The notes under the pieces were generated by a model that worked only from the letters and a program-made list of their open reading frames with translations, was not told the origin of the DNA and searched no databases. DNA of 64,000 nt from Mobula hypostoma (lineage: Eukaryota): the NCBI RefSeq assembly GCF_963921235.1, contig NC_086108.1:118050001-118114000 (forward strand), in the 5' to 3' direction. Each line of letters begins with the position of its first letter. Within the stretch, counting starts at the first letter, position 1. Position numbers and translations under genes: made by a program. This document shows, one piece after another, positions 52,701 to 64,000 of the stretch.

Positions 52701-55700
52701 ATTCAGGGCAGGAGTTTCAGGGCATGAGATTCAGGGCAGGAGATTCAGGGCAGGAGATTCAGGGCATGAGTTTCAGGGCATGAGATTCAGGGCATGAGAT
52801 TCAGGGCAGGAGTTTCAGGGCATGAGATTCAGGGCAGGAGATTCAGGGCAGGAGTTTCAGGGCAGGAGTTTCAGGGCATGAGATTCAGGGCATGAGATTC
52901 AGGGCATGAGTTTCAGGGCAGGAGATTCAGGGCAGGAGTTTCAGGGCATGAGATTCAGGGCAGGAGTTTCAGGGCAGGAGTTTCAGGGCATGAGATTCAG
53001 GGCATGAGTTTCAGGGCAGGAGATTCAGGGCAGGAGTTTCAGGGCATGAGATTCAGGGCAGGAGTTTCAGGGCATGAGATTCAGGGCATGAGTTTCAGGG
53101 CAGGAGATTCAGGGCAGGAGTTTCAGGGCATGAGATTCAGGGCAGGAGTTTCAGGGCATGAGATTCAGGGCAGGAGTTTCAGGGCAGGAGATTCAGGGCA
53201 TGAGTTTCAGGGCAGGAGATTCAGGGCAGGAGTTTCAGGGCATGAGATTCAGGGCAGGAGTTTCAGGGCAGGAGATTCAGGGCAGGAGTTTCAGGGCATG
53301 AGATTCAGGGCAGGAGTTTCAGGGCATGAGATTCAGGGCAGGAGTTTCAGGGCATGAGATTCAGGGCAGGAGTTTCAGGGCATGAGATTCAGGGCAGGAG
53401 ATTCAGGGCAGGAGTTTCAGGGCATGAGATTCAGGGCAGGAGTTTCAGGGCAGGAGTTTCAGGGCAGGAGATTCAGGGCAGGAGATTCAGGGCAGGAGAT
53501 TCAGGGCAGGAGTTTCAGGGCATGAGATTCAGGGCAGGAGTTTCAGGGCAGGAGATTCAGGGCAGGAGTTTCAGGGCATGAGATTCAGGGCAGGAGTTTC
53601 AGGGCAGGAGTTTCAGGGCAGGAGTTTCAGGGCATGAGTTTCAGGGCAGGAGATTCAGGGCAGGAGTTTCAGGGCATGAGATTCAGGGCAGGAGTTTCAG
53701 GGCATGAGATTCAGGGCATGAGTTTCAGGGCAGGAGATTCAGGGCAGGAGATTCAGGGCATGAGATTCAGGGCAGGAGTTTCAGGGCATGAGATTCAGGG
53801 CAGGAGTTTCAGGGCATGAGATTCAGGGCAGGAGATTCAGGGCAGGAGTTTCAGGGCATGAGATTCAGGGCAGGAGATTCAGGGCAGGAGTTTCAGGGCA
53901 GGAGTTTCAGGGCATGAGATTCAGGGCAGGAGTTTCAGGGCAGGAGATTCAGGGCAGGAGTTTCAGGGCATGAGATTCAGGGCAGGAGTTTCAGGGCATG
54001 AGATTCAGGGCAGGAGTTTCAGGGCAGGAGATTCAGGGCAGGAGTTTCAGGGCATGAGATTCAGGGCAGGAGTTTCAGGGCAGGAGATTCAGGGCAGGAG
54101 TTTCAGGGCATGAGATTCAGGGCAGGAGATTCAGGGCAGGAGTTTCAGGGCATGAGATTCAGGGCATGAGATTCAGGGCAGGAGTTTCAGGGCATGAGAT
54201 TCAGGGCATGAGATTCAGGGCATGAGTTTCAGGGCATGGAGTTTCAGGGCATGAGATTCAGGGCATTAGTTTCAGGGCTTGAGATTCAGGGCAGGAGTTT
54301 CAGGGCATGAGATTCAGGGCAGTAGATTCAGGGCAGTAGTTTCATGGCATGAGATTCAGGGCAGGAGTTTCAGGGCAGGAGATTCAGGGCATGAGATTCA
54401 GGGCAGGAGATTCAGGGCATGAGATTCAGGGCAGGAGTTTCAGGGCAGGAGATTCAGGGCAGGAGTTTCAGGGCATGAGATTCAGGGCAGGAGTTTCAGG
54501 GCAGGAGATTCAGGGCAGGAGTTTCAGGGCATGAGATTCAGGGCATGAGTTTCAGGGCAGGAGTTTCAGGGCATGAGATTCAGGGCAGGAGTTTCAGGGC
54601 ATGAGATTCAGGGCAGGAGTTTCAGGGCATGAGATTCAGGGCAGGAGTTTCAGGGCATGAGATTCAGGGCAGGAGTTTCAGGGCAGGAGATTCAGGGCAG
54701 GAGATTCAGGGCATGAGATTCAGGGCAGGAGATTCAGGGCATGAGATTCAGGGCATGAGATTCAGGGCAGGAGTTTCAGGGCATGAGTTTCAGGGCTGGA
54801 GATTCAGGGCATGAGTTTCAGGGCAGGAGATTCAGGGCAGGAGTTTCAGGGCATGAGATTCAGGGCATGAGATTCAGGGCAGGAGTTTCAGGGCATGAGA
54901 TTCAGGGCAGGAGTTTCAGGGCAGGAGATTCAGGGCAGGAGATTCAGGGCATGAGATTCAGGGCAGGAGTTTCAGGGCAGGAGATTCAGGGCATGAGTTT
55001 CAGGGCAGGAGATTCAGGGCAGGAGTTTCAGGGCATGAGATTCAGGGCAGGAGATTCAGGGCATGAGATTCAGGGCATGAGATTCAGGGCAGGAGTTTCA
55101 GGGCATGAGATTCAGGGCAGGAGTTTCAGGGCATGAGATTCAGGGCATGAGTTTCAGGGCAGGAGATTCAGGGCATGAGATTCAGGGCATGAGATTCAGG
55201 GCAGGAGATTCAGGGCATGAGATTCAGGGCATGAGATTCAGGGCAGGAGTTTCAGGGCATGAGATTCAGGGCAGGAGTTTCAGGGCATGAGATTCAGGGC
55301 AGGAGATTCAGGGCAGGAGATTCAGGGCATGAGATTCAGGGCAGGAGATTCAGGGCAGGAGTTTCAGGGCATGAGATTCAGGGCAGGAGATTCAGGGCAG
55401 GAGATTCAGGGCAGGAGTTTCAGGGCATGAGATTCAGGGCATGAGATTCAGGGCAGGAGTTTCAGGGCATGAGATTCAGGGCAGTAGTTTCAGGGCATGA
55501 GATTCAGGGCAGGAGTTTCAGGGCAGGAGTTTCAGGGCATGAGATTCAGGGCATGAGTTTCAGGGCAGGAGATTCAGGGCAGGAGTTTCAGGGCATGAGA
55601 TTCAGGGCAGGAGTTTCAGGGCATGAGATTCAGGGCATGAGTTTCAGGGCAGGAGATTCAGGGCAGGAGATTCAGGGCATGAGATTCAGGGCAGGAGTTT

Positions 55701-58700
55701 CAGGGCATGAGATTCAGGGCAGGAGTTTCAGGGCATGAGATTCAGGGCAGGAGATTCAGGGCAGGAGTTTCAGGGCATGAGATTCAGGGCAGGAGATTCA
55801 GGGCAGGAGTTTCAGGGCAGGAGTTTCAGGGCAGGAGATTCAGGGCAGGAGATTCAGGGCAGGAGTTTCAGGGCAGGAGTTTCAGGGCAGGAGTTTCAGG
55901 ATATGAGTTTCAGGGCATGAGATTCAGGGCAGGAGTTTCAGGGACAGGAGATTCAGGGCAGGAGTTTCAGGGCATGAGATTCAGGGCAGGAGTTTCAGGG
56001 CAGGAGATTCAGGGCAGGAGTTTCAGGGCATGAGATTCAGGGCAGTAGTTTCAGGGCAGGAGTTTCAGGGCATGAGATTCAGGGCAGGAGTTTCAGGGCA
56101 TGAGATTCAGGGCAGGAGTTTCAGGGCAGGAGATTCAGGGCATGAGATTCAGGGCAGGAGATTCAGGGCATGAGATTCAGGGCATGAGTTTCAGGAGAGG
56201 AGTTTCAGGGCAGGAGATTCAGGGCAGGAGATTCAGGGCATGAGTTTCAGGGCAGGAGATTCAGGGCAGGAGTTTCAGGGCATGAGATTCAGGGCAGGAG
56301 TTTCAGGGCATGAGATTCAGGGCATGAGTTTCAGGGCAGGAGATTCAGGGCAGGAGTTTCAGGGCATGAGTTTACAGGGCAGGAGATTCAGGGCAGGAGT
56401 TTCAGTGCAGGAGTTTCAGCGCAGGAGATTCAGAGCAGGAGTTTCAGGACAGGAGATTCTGGGCATTAGTTTCAGGGCATGAAAATCAGGGCAGCAGTTT
56501 CAGGGCAGGAGATTCAGGGCAGGAGTTTCAGGGCAGGAGATTCAGGACATGAGTTTCAGGGCATGAGATTCAGGGCAGCAGTTTCAGGGCAGGAGATTCA
56601 GGGCAGGAGTTTCAGGGCAGGAGATTCAGGGCAGGAGTTTTAGGACTGGAGATTCAGGGCAGGAGTTTCAGGGCATGAGATTCAGGGCAGTAGATTCAGG
56701 GCAGTAGTTTCATGGCATGAGATTCAGGGCTGTAGTTTCAGGGCAGGAGATTCAGGGCATGAGATTCAGGGCAGGAGATTCAGGGCATGAGATTCAGGGC
56801 AGGAGTTTCAGGGCAGGAGATTCAGGGCAGGAGTTTCAGGGCATGAGATTCAGGGCAGGAGTTTCAGGGCAGGAGATTCAGGGCAGGAGTTTCAGGGCAT
56901 GAGATTCAGGGCATGAGTTTCAGGGCAGGAGATTCAGGGCAGGAGTTTCAGGGCAGGAGATTCAGGGCATGAGATTCAGGGCAGGAGATTCAGGGCATGA
57001 GATTCAGGGCAGGAGTTTCAGGACAGGAGATTCAGGGCAGGAGTTTCAGGGCATGAGATTCAGGGCAGGAGTTTCAGGGCTTGAGATTCAGGGCAGTAGA
57101 TTCAGGGCATGAGATTCAGGGCAGTAGTTTAAGGGCATGAGATTCAGGGCAGGAGATTCATGGCATGAGATTCAGGGCTGTGGTTTCAGGGCAGGAGATT
57201 CAGGGCAGGAGTTTCAGGGCATGAGATTCAGGGCAGTAGTTTCAGGGCATGAGATTCAGGGCAGGAGTTTCAGGGCATGAGATTCAGGGCATGAGATTCA
57301 GGGCATGAGATTCAGGGCATGAGTTTCAGAACAGGAGTTTCAAGGCATGAGATTCAGGGCAGTAGTTTCAGGGCTTGAGATTCAGGGCAGGAGTTTCAGG
57401 GCATGAGATTCAGGGCATGAGTTTCAGGGCTTGAGATTCAGGGCAGGAGTTTCAGGGCATGAGATTCAGGGCAGGAGTTTCAGGGCATGAGATTCAGGGC
57501 AGGAGTTTCAGGGCATGAGATTCAGGGCATGAGATTCAGGGCAGGAGATTCAGGGCATGAGTTTCAGGGCATGAGATTCAGGGCAGGAGTTTCAGGGCAT
57601 GAGATTCAGGGCAGGAGTTTCAGGGCATGAGATTCAGGGCATGAGATTCAGGGCAGGAGATTCAGGGCAGGAGTTTCAGGGCATGAGATTCAGGGCATGA
57701 GTTTCAGGGCAGGAGATTCAGGGCAGGAGTTTCAGGGCATGAGATTCAGGGCATGAGTTTCAGGGCATGAGATTCAGGGCATGAGTTTCAGAACAGGAGT
57801 TTCAAGGCATGAGATTCAGGGCAGTAGTTTCAGGGCTTGAGATTCAGGGCAGGAGTTTCAGGGCATGAGATTCAGGGCAGGAGTTTCAGGGCATGAGATT
57901 CAGGGCATGAGATTCAGGGCAGGAGATTCAGGGCATGAGTTTCAGGGCATGAGATTCAGGGCATGAGTTTCAGGGCAGGAGATTCAGGGCAGGAGTTTCA
58001 GGGCATGAGATTCAGGGCATGAGTTTCAGGGCATGAGATTCAGGGCTGTGGTTTCAGGGCAGGAGATTCAGGGCAGGAGTTTCAGGGCTTGAGATTCACG
58101 GCAGGAGTTTCAGGGCATGAGATTCAGGGCAGGAGATTCAGGACAGGAGTTTCAGGGCATGATATTCAGGGCAGGAGTTTCAGGGCATGAGATTCAGGGC
58201 ATGAGTTTCAGGGCATGAGATTCAGGGCATGATTTTCAGGGCAGGTGTTTCAGAGCAGGAGTTTCAAGGCATGAGATTCAAGGCAGTGGTTTCAGGGCTT
58301 GAGATTCAGAGCAGGAGTTTCAGGGCATTAGATTCAGGGCTTGAGATTCAGGACAGGAGTTTCAGGGCAGGAGATTCAGAGCAGGAGTTTCAGGGCATGA
58401 GATTCAGGGCAGGAGTTTCAGGGCAGGAGATTCATGGCAGTAGTTTCAGGGCATGAGATTCAGGGCAGGAGTTTCAGGGCATGAGATTCAGGGCATGAGT
58501 TTCAGGGCATGAGATTCAGGGCATGAGTTTCAGGGCAGGAGTTTCAGAGCAGGAGTTTCAAGGCATGAGATTCAGGGCAGTAGTTTCAGGGCTTGAGATT
58601 CAGGGCAGGAGTTTCAGGGCATGAGATTCAGGGCATGAGATTCAGGGCAGGAGTTTCAGGGCAGGAGATTCAGGGCAGGAGTTTCAGGGCATGAGATTCA

Positions 58701-61700
58701 GGGCAGGAGTTTCAGGGCATGAGATTCAGAGCAGGAGTTTCAGGGCATGAGATTCAGGGCATGAGTTTCAGGGCAGGAGATTCAGGGCAGGAGTTTCAGG
58801 GCATGAGATTCAGGGCGGGAGATACAGGGCATGAGTTTCAGGGTATGAGATTCAGGGCATGAGTTTCAGGGCAGGAGATTCTGGGCAGGAGTTTCAGGGC
58901 ATGAGATTCAGGGCATGAGTTTCAGGGCATGAGATTCAGGTCATGAGTTTCAGACCAGGGGTTTCAAGGCATGAGATTCAGGGCATTAGTTTCAGGGCTT
59001 GAGATTCAGGGCAGGAATTTCAGGGCATGAGATTCAGGGCATGAGTTTCAGGGCATGAGATTCAGGGCATGAATTTCAGAGCAGGAGTTTCAAGGCATGA
59101 GATTCAGGGCAGTAGTTTCAGGGCTTGAGATTCCGGGCAGTAGTTTCAGGGCTTGAGATTCAGGGCATGAGATTCAGGGCAGGAGATTCAGGACAGGAGT
59201 TTCAGGGCATGAGATTCAGGGCTGTGCTTTCAGGGCAGGAGTTTAAGGGGATGAGAATCAGGGCATGAGTTTCAGAGCAGGAGTTTCAAGGCACGAGATT
59301 CAGTGCAGTAGTTTCAGGGCTTGAGATTCAGGGCAGGAGTTTGAGGGCATGAGATTCAGGGTAGTACATTCATGGCTTGAGATTCAGGGCATGAGATTCA
59401 GGGCAGCAGATTCAGGAAAGGAGTTTCATGGCTTGAGATTAAGGGCTGTGGTTTCAGGGCAGGAGATTCAGGGCAGGAGTTTCAGGGCTTGAGATTCAGG
59501 GCATGAGATTCAGGGCATGAGATTCAGGGCAGGATATTCAGGAAAGGAGTTTCAGGGCATGAGATTCAGGGCTGTGGTTTCAGGGCAGGAGATTCAGGGC
59601 AGGAGTTTCAGGGCATGAGATTCAGGGCAGTAGTTTCAGGGCTTGAGATTCAGGGCAGGAGTTTCAGGGCATGAGATTCAGGGCAGTAGATTCAGGGCTT
59701 GAGATTCAGGGCATGAGATTCAGGGCAGGAGATTCAGGGCAGGAGTTTCAGGGCATGAGATTCAGGGCAGGAGATTCAGGACAGGAGTTTCAGGGCATGA
59801 GATTCAGGGCTGTGGTTTCAGGGCAGGAGATTCAGGGCAGGAGTTTCAGGGCTGGAGAATCAGGGCATGAGTTTCAGAGCAGGATTTTCAAGGCACGAGA
59901 TTCAGGGCAGTAGATTCAGGGCTTGAGATTCAGGGCATGAGATTCAGGGCAGGAGTTTCAGGGCATGATATTCAGAGCAGGAGTTTCAGGGCATGAGATT
60001 CAGGGCATGAGATTCAGGGCAGGAGATTCAGGGCATGAGTTTAAGAACAGGAGTTTTAAGGCAGGAGATTCTGGGCAGGAGTTTCAGGGCATGAGATTCA
60101 GGGCATGAGTTTCAGGGCATGAGATTCAGGGCATGAGTTTCAGACCAGGAGTTTCAAGGCATGAGATTCAGGGCATTAGTTTCAGGGCTTGAGATTCAGG
60201 GCAGGAATTTCAGGGCATGAGATTCAGGGCATGAGTTTCAGGGCATGAGATTCAGGGCATGAATTTCAGAGCAGGAGTTTCAAGGCATGAGATTCAGGGC
60301 AGGAGTTTCAGGGCTTGAGATTCAGGGCATGAGATTCAGGGCAGGAGATTCAGGACAGGAGTTTCAGGGCATGAGATTCAGGGCTGTGCTTTCAGGGCAG
60401 GAGTTTAAGGGCATGAGAATCAGGGCATGAGTTTCAGAACAGGAGTTTCAAGGCACGAGATTCAGTGCAGTAGTTTCAGGGCTTGAGATTCAGGGCAGGA
60501 GTTTGAGGGCATGAGATTCAGGGTAGTACATTCATGGCTTGAGATTCAGGGCATGAGATTCAGGGCAGCAGATTCAGGAAAGGAGTTTCATGGCTTGAGA
60601 TTAAGGGCTGTGGTTTCAGGGCAGGAGATTCAGGGCAGGAGTTTCAGGGCTTGAGATTCGAAGCAGGAGTTTCAGGGCATGAGATTCAGGGCAGTAGATT
60701 CAGGGCTTGAGATTCAGGGCATGAGATTCAGGGCAGGATATTCAGGAAAGGAGTTTCAGGGCATGAGATTCAGGGCTGTGGTTTCAGGGCAGGAGATTCA
60801 GGGCAGGAGTTTCAGGGCATGAGATTCAGGGCAGGAGTTTCAGGGCATGAGATTCAGGGCAGGAGATTCAGGGCAGGAGTTTCAGGGCATGAGATTCAGG
60901 GCAGGAGATTCAGGACAGGAGTTTCAGGGCATGAGATTCAGGGCAGGAGTTTCAGGGCAGGAGATTCAGGGCAGGAGTTTCAGGGCAGGAGATTCAGGGC
61001 AGGAGTTTCAGGGCATGAGATTCAGGGCAGGAGATTCAGGACAGGAGTTTCAGGGCATGAGATTCAGGGCTGTGGTTTCAGGGCAGGAGATTCAGGGCAG
61101 GAGTTTCAGGGCTTGAGATTCAGGGCATGAGTTTCAGACCAGGAGTTTCAAGGCATGAGATTCAGGGCAGGAGTTTCAGGGCATGAGATTCAGGGCAGAA
61201 GATTCAGGACAGGAGTTTCAGGGCATGATATTCAGAGCAGGAGTTTCAGGGCATGAGATTCAGGGCATGAGATTCAGGGCGGGAGATACAGGGCATGAGT
61301 TTAAGAACAGGAGTTTTAAGGCAGGAGATTCTGGGCAGGAGTTTCAGGGCATGAGATTCAGGGCATGAGTTTCAGGGCATGAGATTCAGGGCATGAGTTT
61401 CAGACCAGGGGTTTCAAGGCATGAGATTCAGGGCATTAGTTTCAGGGCTTGAGATTCAGGGCAGGAATTTCAGGGCATGAGATTCAGGGCATGAGTTTCA
61501 GGGCATGAGATTCAGGGCATGAATTTCAGAGCAGGAGTTTCAAGGCATGAGATTCAGGGCAGTAGTTTCAGGGCTTGAGATTCAGGGCATGAGATTCAGG
61601 GCAGGAGATTCAGGACAGGAGTTTCAGGGCATGAGATTCAGGGCTGTGGTTTCAGGGCAGGAGTTTAAGGGCATGAGAATCAGGGCATGAGTTTCAGAGC

Positions 61701-62100
61701 AGGAGTTTCAGGGCACGAGATTCAGAGCAGTAGTTTCAGGGCTTGTGATTCAGGGCAGGAGTTTGAGAGCATGAGATTCAAGGTAGTAAATTCATGGCTT
61801 GAGATTCAGGGCATGAGATTCAGGGCAGGAGATTCAGGAAAGGAGTTTCATGGCATGAGATTAAGGGCTGTGGTTTCAGGGCAGGAGATTCAGGGCAGGA
61901 GTTTCAGGGCTTGAGATTCGAAGCCGGAGTTTCAGGGCATGAGATTCAGGGCAGTAGATTCAGGGCTTGAGATTCAGGGCATGAGATTCAGGGCAGGATA
62001 TTCAGGAAAGGAGTTTCAGGGCATGAGATTCAGGGCTGTGGTTTCAGGGCAGGAGATTCAGGGCAGGAGTTTAAAGGCATGAGATTCAGGGCAGTAGTTT
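43800..62100 (+). repeat. Subfamily B higher-order units of ~1.16-1.51 kb, in three clusters
   Basis: The marker GGGTAGTACATTCATGG falls at 44385, 45814, 49315, 50826, 59359, 60521 and (variant AGGTAGTAAATTC) 61781. Within-cluster spacings are 1429, 1511, 1162 (83x14) and 1260 (90x14). Confidence 0.8.
52680..56190 (+). repeat. Near-pure consensus tract (almost only the four K/W monomer types)
   Basis: About 3.5 kb composed almost entirely of TTCAGGGCA[GT]GAG[AT], with only a few variants around 54230-54350, 54795, 55480 and 55900-55945. Confidence 0.9.
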
Positions 62101-64000
62101 CAGGGCATGAGATTCAGGGCAGTAGATTCAGGGCATGAGATTCAGGGCATGAGATTCAGGGCAGGAGTTTCAGGGCATGAGATTCAGGGCAGGAGATTCA
62201 GGGCAGGAGTTTCAGGGCATGAGATTCAGGGCTGTGGTTTCAGGGCAGGAGATTCAGGGCAGGAGTTTCAGGGCTGGAGAATCAGGGCATGAGTTTCAGA
62301 GCAGGAGTTTCAAGGCACGAGATTCAGGGCAGGGGTTTCAGGGCATGAGATTCAGGGCAGGAGGTTCAGGACAGGAGTTTCAGGGCATGATATTCAGAGC
62401 AGGAGTTTCAGGGCATGAGATTCAGGGCATGAGTTTCAGGGCACGAGATTCAGGGCAGGAGTTTCAGGGCATGAGATTCAGGGCATGAGTTTCAGGGCAG
62501 GAGATTCAGGGCAGGAGTTTCAGGGCATGAGATTCAGGGCATGAGTTTCAGGGCATGAGATTCAGGGCATGAGTTTCAGAACAGGAGTTTCAGGGCATGA
62601 GATTCAGGGCAGTAGTTTCAGGGCATGAGATTCAGGGCAGGAGTTTCAGGGCATGAGATTCAGGGCATGAGTTTCAGACCAGGAGTTTCAAGGCATGAGA
62701 TTCAGGGCATTAGTTTCAGGGCTTGAGATTCAGGGCAGGAGTTTCAGGGCATGAGATTCAGGGCAGGAGTTTCAGGGCATGAGATTCAGGGCATGAGATT
62801 CAGGGCAGGAGATTCAGGGCATGAGTTTCAGGGCATGAGATTCAGGGCATGAGTTTCAGGGCAGGAGATTCAGGGCAGGAGTTTCAGGGCATGAGATTCA
62901 GGGCATGAGTTTCAGGGCATGAGATTCAGGGCAGGAGTTTCAGGGCATGAGATTCAGGGCAGGAGTTTCAGGGCTTGAGATTCAGGGCAGGAGTTTCAGG
63001 GCATGAGATTCAGGGCAGGAGATTCAGGGCAGGAGTTTCAGGGCATGAGATTCAGGGCAGGAGTTTCAGGGCATGAGATTCAGGGCATGAGATTCAGGGC
63101 AGGAGATTCAGGGCAGGAGTTTCAGGGCATGAGATTCAGGGCATGAGTTTCAGGGCAGGAGATTCAGGGCAGGAGTTTCAGGGCATGAGATTCAGGGCAT
63201 GAGATTCAGGGCATGAGATTCAGGGCATGAGTTTCAGAACAGGAGTTTCAGGGCATGAGATTCAGGGCAGTAGTTTCAGGGCATGAGATTCAGGGCAGGA
63301 GTTTCAGGGCATGAGATTCAGGGCATGAGTTTCAGACCAGGAGTTTCAAGGCATGAGATTCAGGGCATTAGTTTCAGGGCTTGAGATTCAGGGCAGGAGT
63401 TTCAGGGCATGAGATTCAGGGCAGGAGTTTCAGGGCATGAGATTCAGGGCATGAGATTCAGGGCAGGAGATTCAGGGCAGGAGTTTCAGGGCATGAGATT
63501 CAGGGCATGAGTTTCAGGGCAGGAGATTCAGGGCAGGAGTTTCAGGGCATGAGATTCAGGGCATGAGTTTCAGGGCATGAGATTCAGGGCAGTGGTTTCA
63601 GGGCAGGAGATTCAGGGCAGGAGTTTCAGGGCTTGAGATTCAGGGCAGGAGTTTCAGGGCATGAGATTCAGGGCAGGAGATTCAGGGCAGGAGTTTCAGG
63701 GCATGAGATTCAGGGCAGGAGTTTCAGGGCATGAGATTCAGGGCATGAGTTTCAGGGCATGAGATTCAGGGCATGAGATTCAGGGCAGGAGTTTCAGGGC
63801 ATGAGATTCAGGGCAGTAGTTTCAGGGCTTGAGATTCAGGGCAGGAGTTTCAGGGCATGAGATTCAGGGCATGAGATTCAGGGCAGGAGTTTCAGGGCAG
63901 GAGATTCAGGGCAGGAGTTTCAGGGCATGAGATTCAGGGCAGGAGTTTCAGGGCAGGAGATTCAGGGCAGTAGTTTCAGGGCATGAGATTCAGGGCAGGA

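Larger units (their letters stand above)
1..64000 (+). repeat. Tandem satellite DNA array, 14-bp monomer TTCAGGGCA(G/T)GAG(A/T), head-to-tail, G/purine-rich strand on +
   Basis: The monomer or a recognisable variant recurs every 14 bp from the first to the last base, e.g. ...ttcagggcatgaga ttcagggcaggagt ttcagggcaggaga... at 53000-55900. I saw no inverted segment and no non-repeat insert. The array runs off both window ends. Confidence 0.99.
40090..64000 (+). repeat. Satellite subfamily B domain (same 14-bp monomer, different diagnostic variants)
   Basis: Recurrent variants that are absent or rare upstream: GGGCTTGAGA, GGGCTGTGGTTTC, GAGTTTAAGAACAGGAGTTTTAAGGC, TTTCAGACCAGG, GGGTAGTACATTCATGG, TTCGAAGC(A/C)GG, GGGCGGGAGATACAGGG, GGGCATTAG. 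CATG-type monomers look more frequent here. Confidence 0.88.

Noticed and set aside
52680..56190. Idea that the K/W binary string is a functional information code
   Set aside because: The order is adequately explained as inherited HOR pattern plus homogenisation or assembly consensus. Nothing in the sequence points to a reader or a function.
179..62488. About 200 short + strand ORFs (61-146 aa) with repeats like MRFRAGVSGQEIQG
   Set aside because: They are translation artefacts. A 14-bp unit cycles through all frames every 42 bp, and CATGAG supplies overlapping ATG and TGA, so ORF ends just track K=T monomers. The same peptide appears in all three frames, 1-bp indels are tolerated, and there is no domain or unique sequence.
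1..64000. Complete absence of minus-strand ORFs, which might suggest coding-strand selection
   Set aside because: TTCA reads TGAA on the minus strand, placing a TGA in nearly every monomer and hence in each frame about every 42 bp.
1..64000. CRISPR-like array or other repeat-spacer system
   Set aside because: There are no unique spacers. The variable part is only two bases plus scattered substitutions, the period is 14 bp, and there is no leader or cas-like gene.
1..64000. True telomeric tract (TTAGGG/TTTAGGG/TTCAGG type)
   Set aside because: The TTCAGGG heptamer always alternates with CAKGAGW and never forms tandem runs. The HORs and large duplications indicate recombinational amplification rather than telomerase synthesis.
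1..64000. Assignment to a named satellite family, organism or centromere function
   Set aside because: I do not recognise the monomer as a specific named family, saw no CENP-B box or flanking unique DNA, and cannot run a database search.

Overview
The whole 64 kb window is one uninterrupted, single-orientation tandem satellite array with a 14-bp monomer, consensus TTCAGGGCAKGAGW (K=G/T, W=A/T). I see no unique flanking DNA, genuine coding gene, RNA gene, transposon or CRISPR array. Every ORF in the track is a by-product of the repeat (a 42-bp/14-aa cycle, MRFRAGVSGQEIQG). The informative structure is hierarchical. (1) Subfamily A (~1-40090) has a 39-monomer (544/545-bp) higher-order repeat (HOR) plus 31-mer and 59-mer variants, nested in 0.36-2.8 kb duplications and a ~17.6 kb super-repeat present in about three progressively degraded copies. 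(2) Subfamily B (~40090-64000) has different diagnostic variants and an irregular 1.2-1.5 kb HOR. (3) Several tracts are nearly pure consensus but keep a 'ghost' of the subfamily A HOR in the order of the two binary positions. The A-to-B junction recurs about four times. This fits either layered satellite evolution with gene conversion or consensus smoothing/mis-layout in an assembly, and only raw long reads can distinguish the two. The DNA is probably eukaryotic heterochromatin; I cannot identify the organism or a named satellite family, and I found no evidence of a new protein-coding system. Coordinates were read by eye and block boundaries are approximate.
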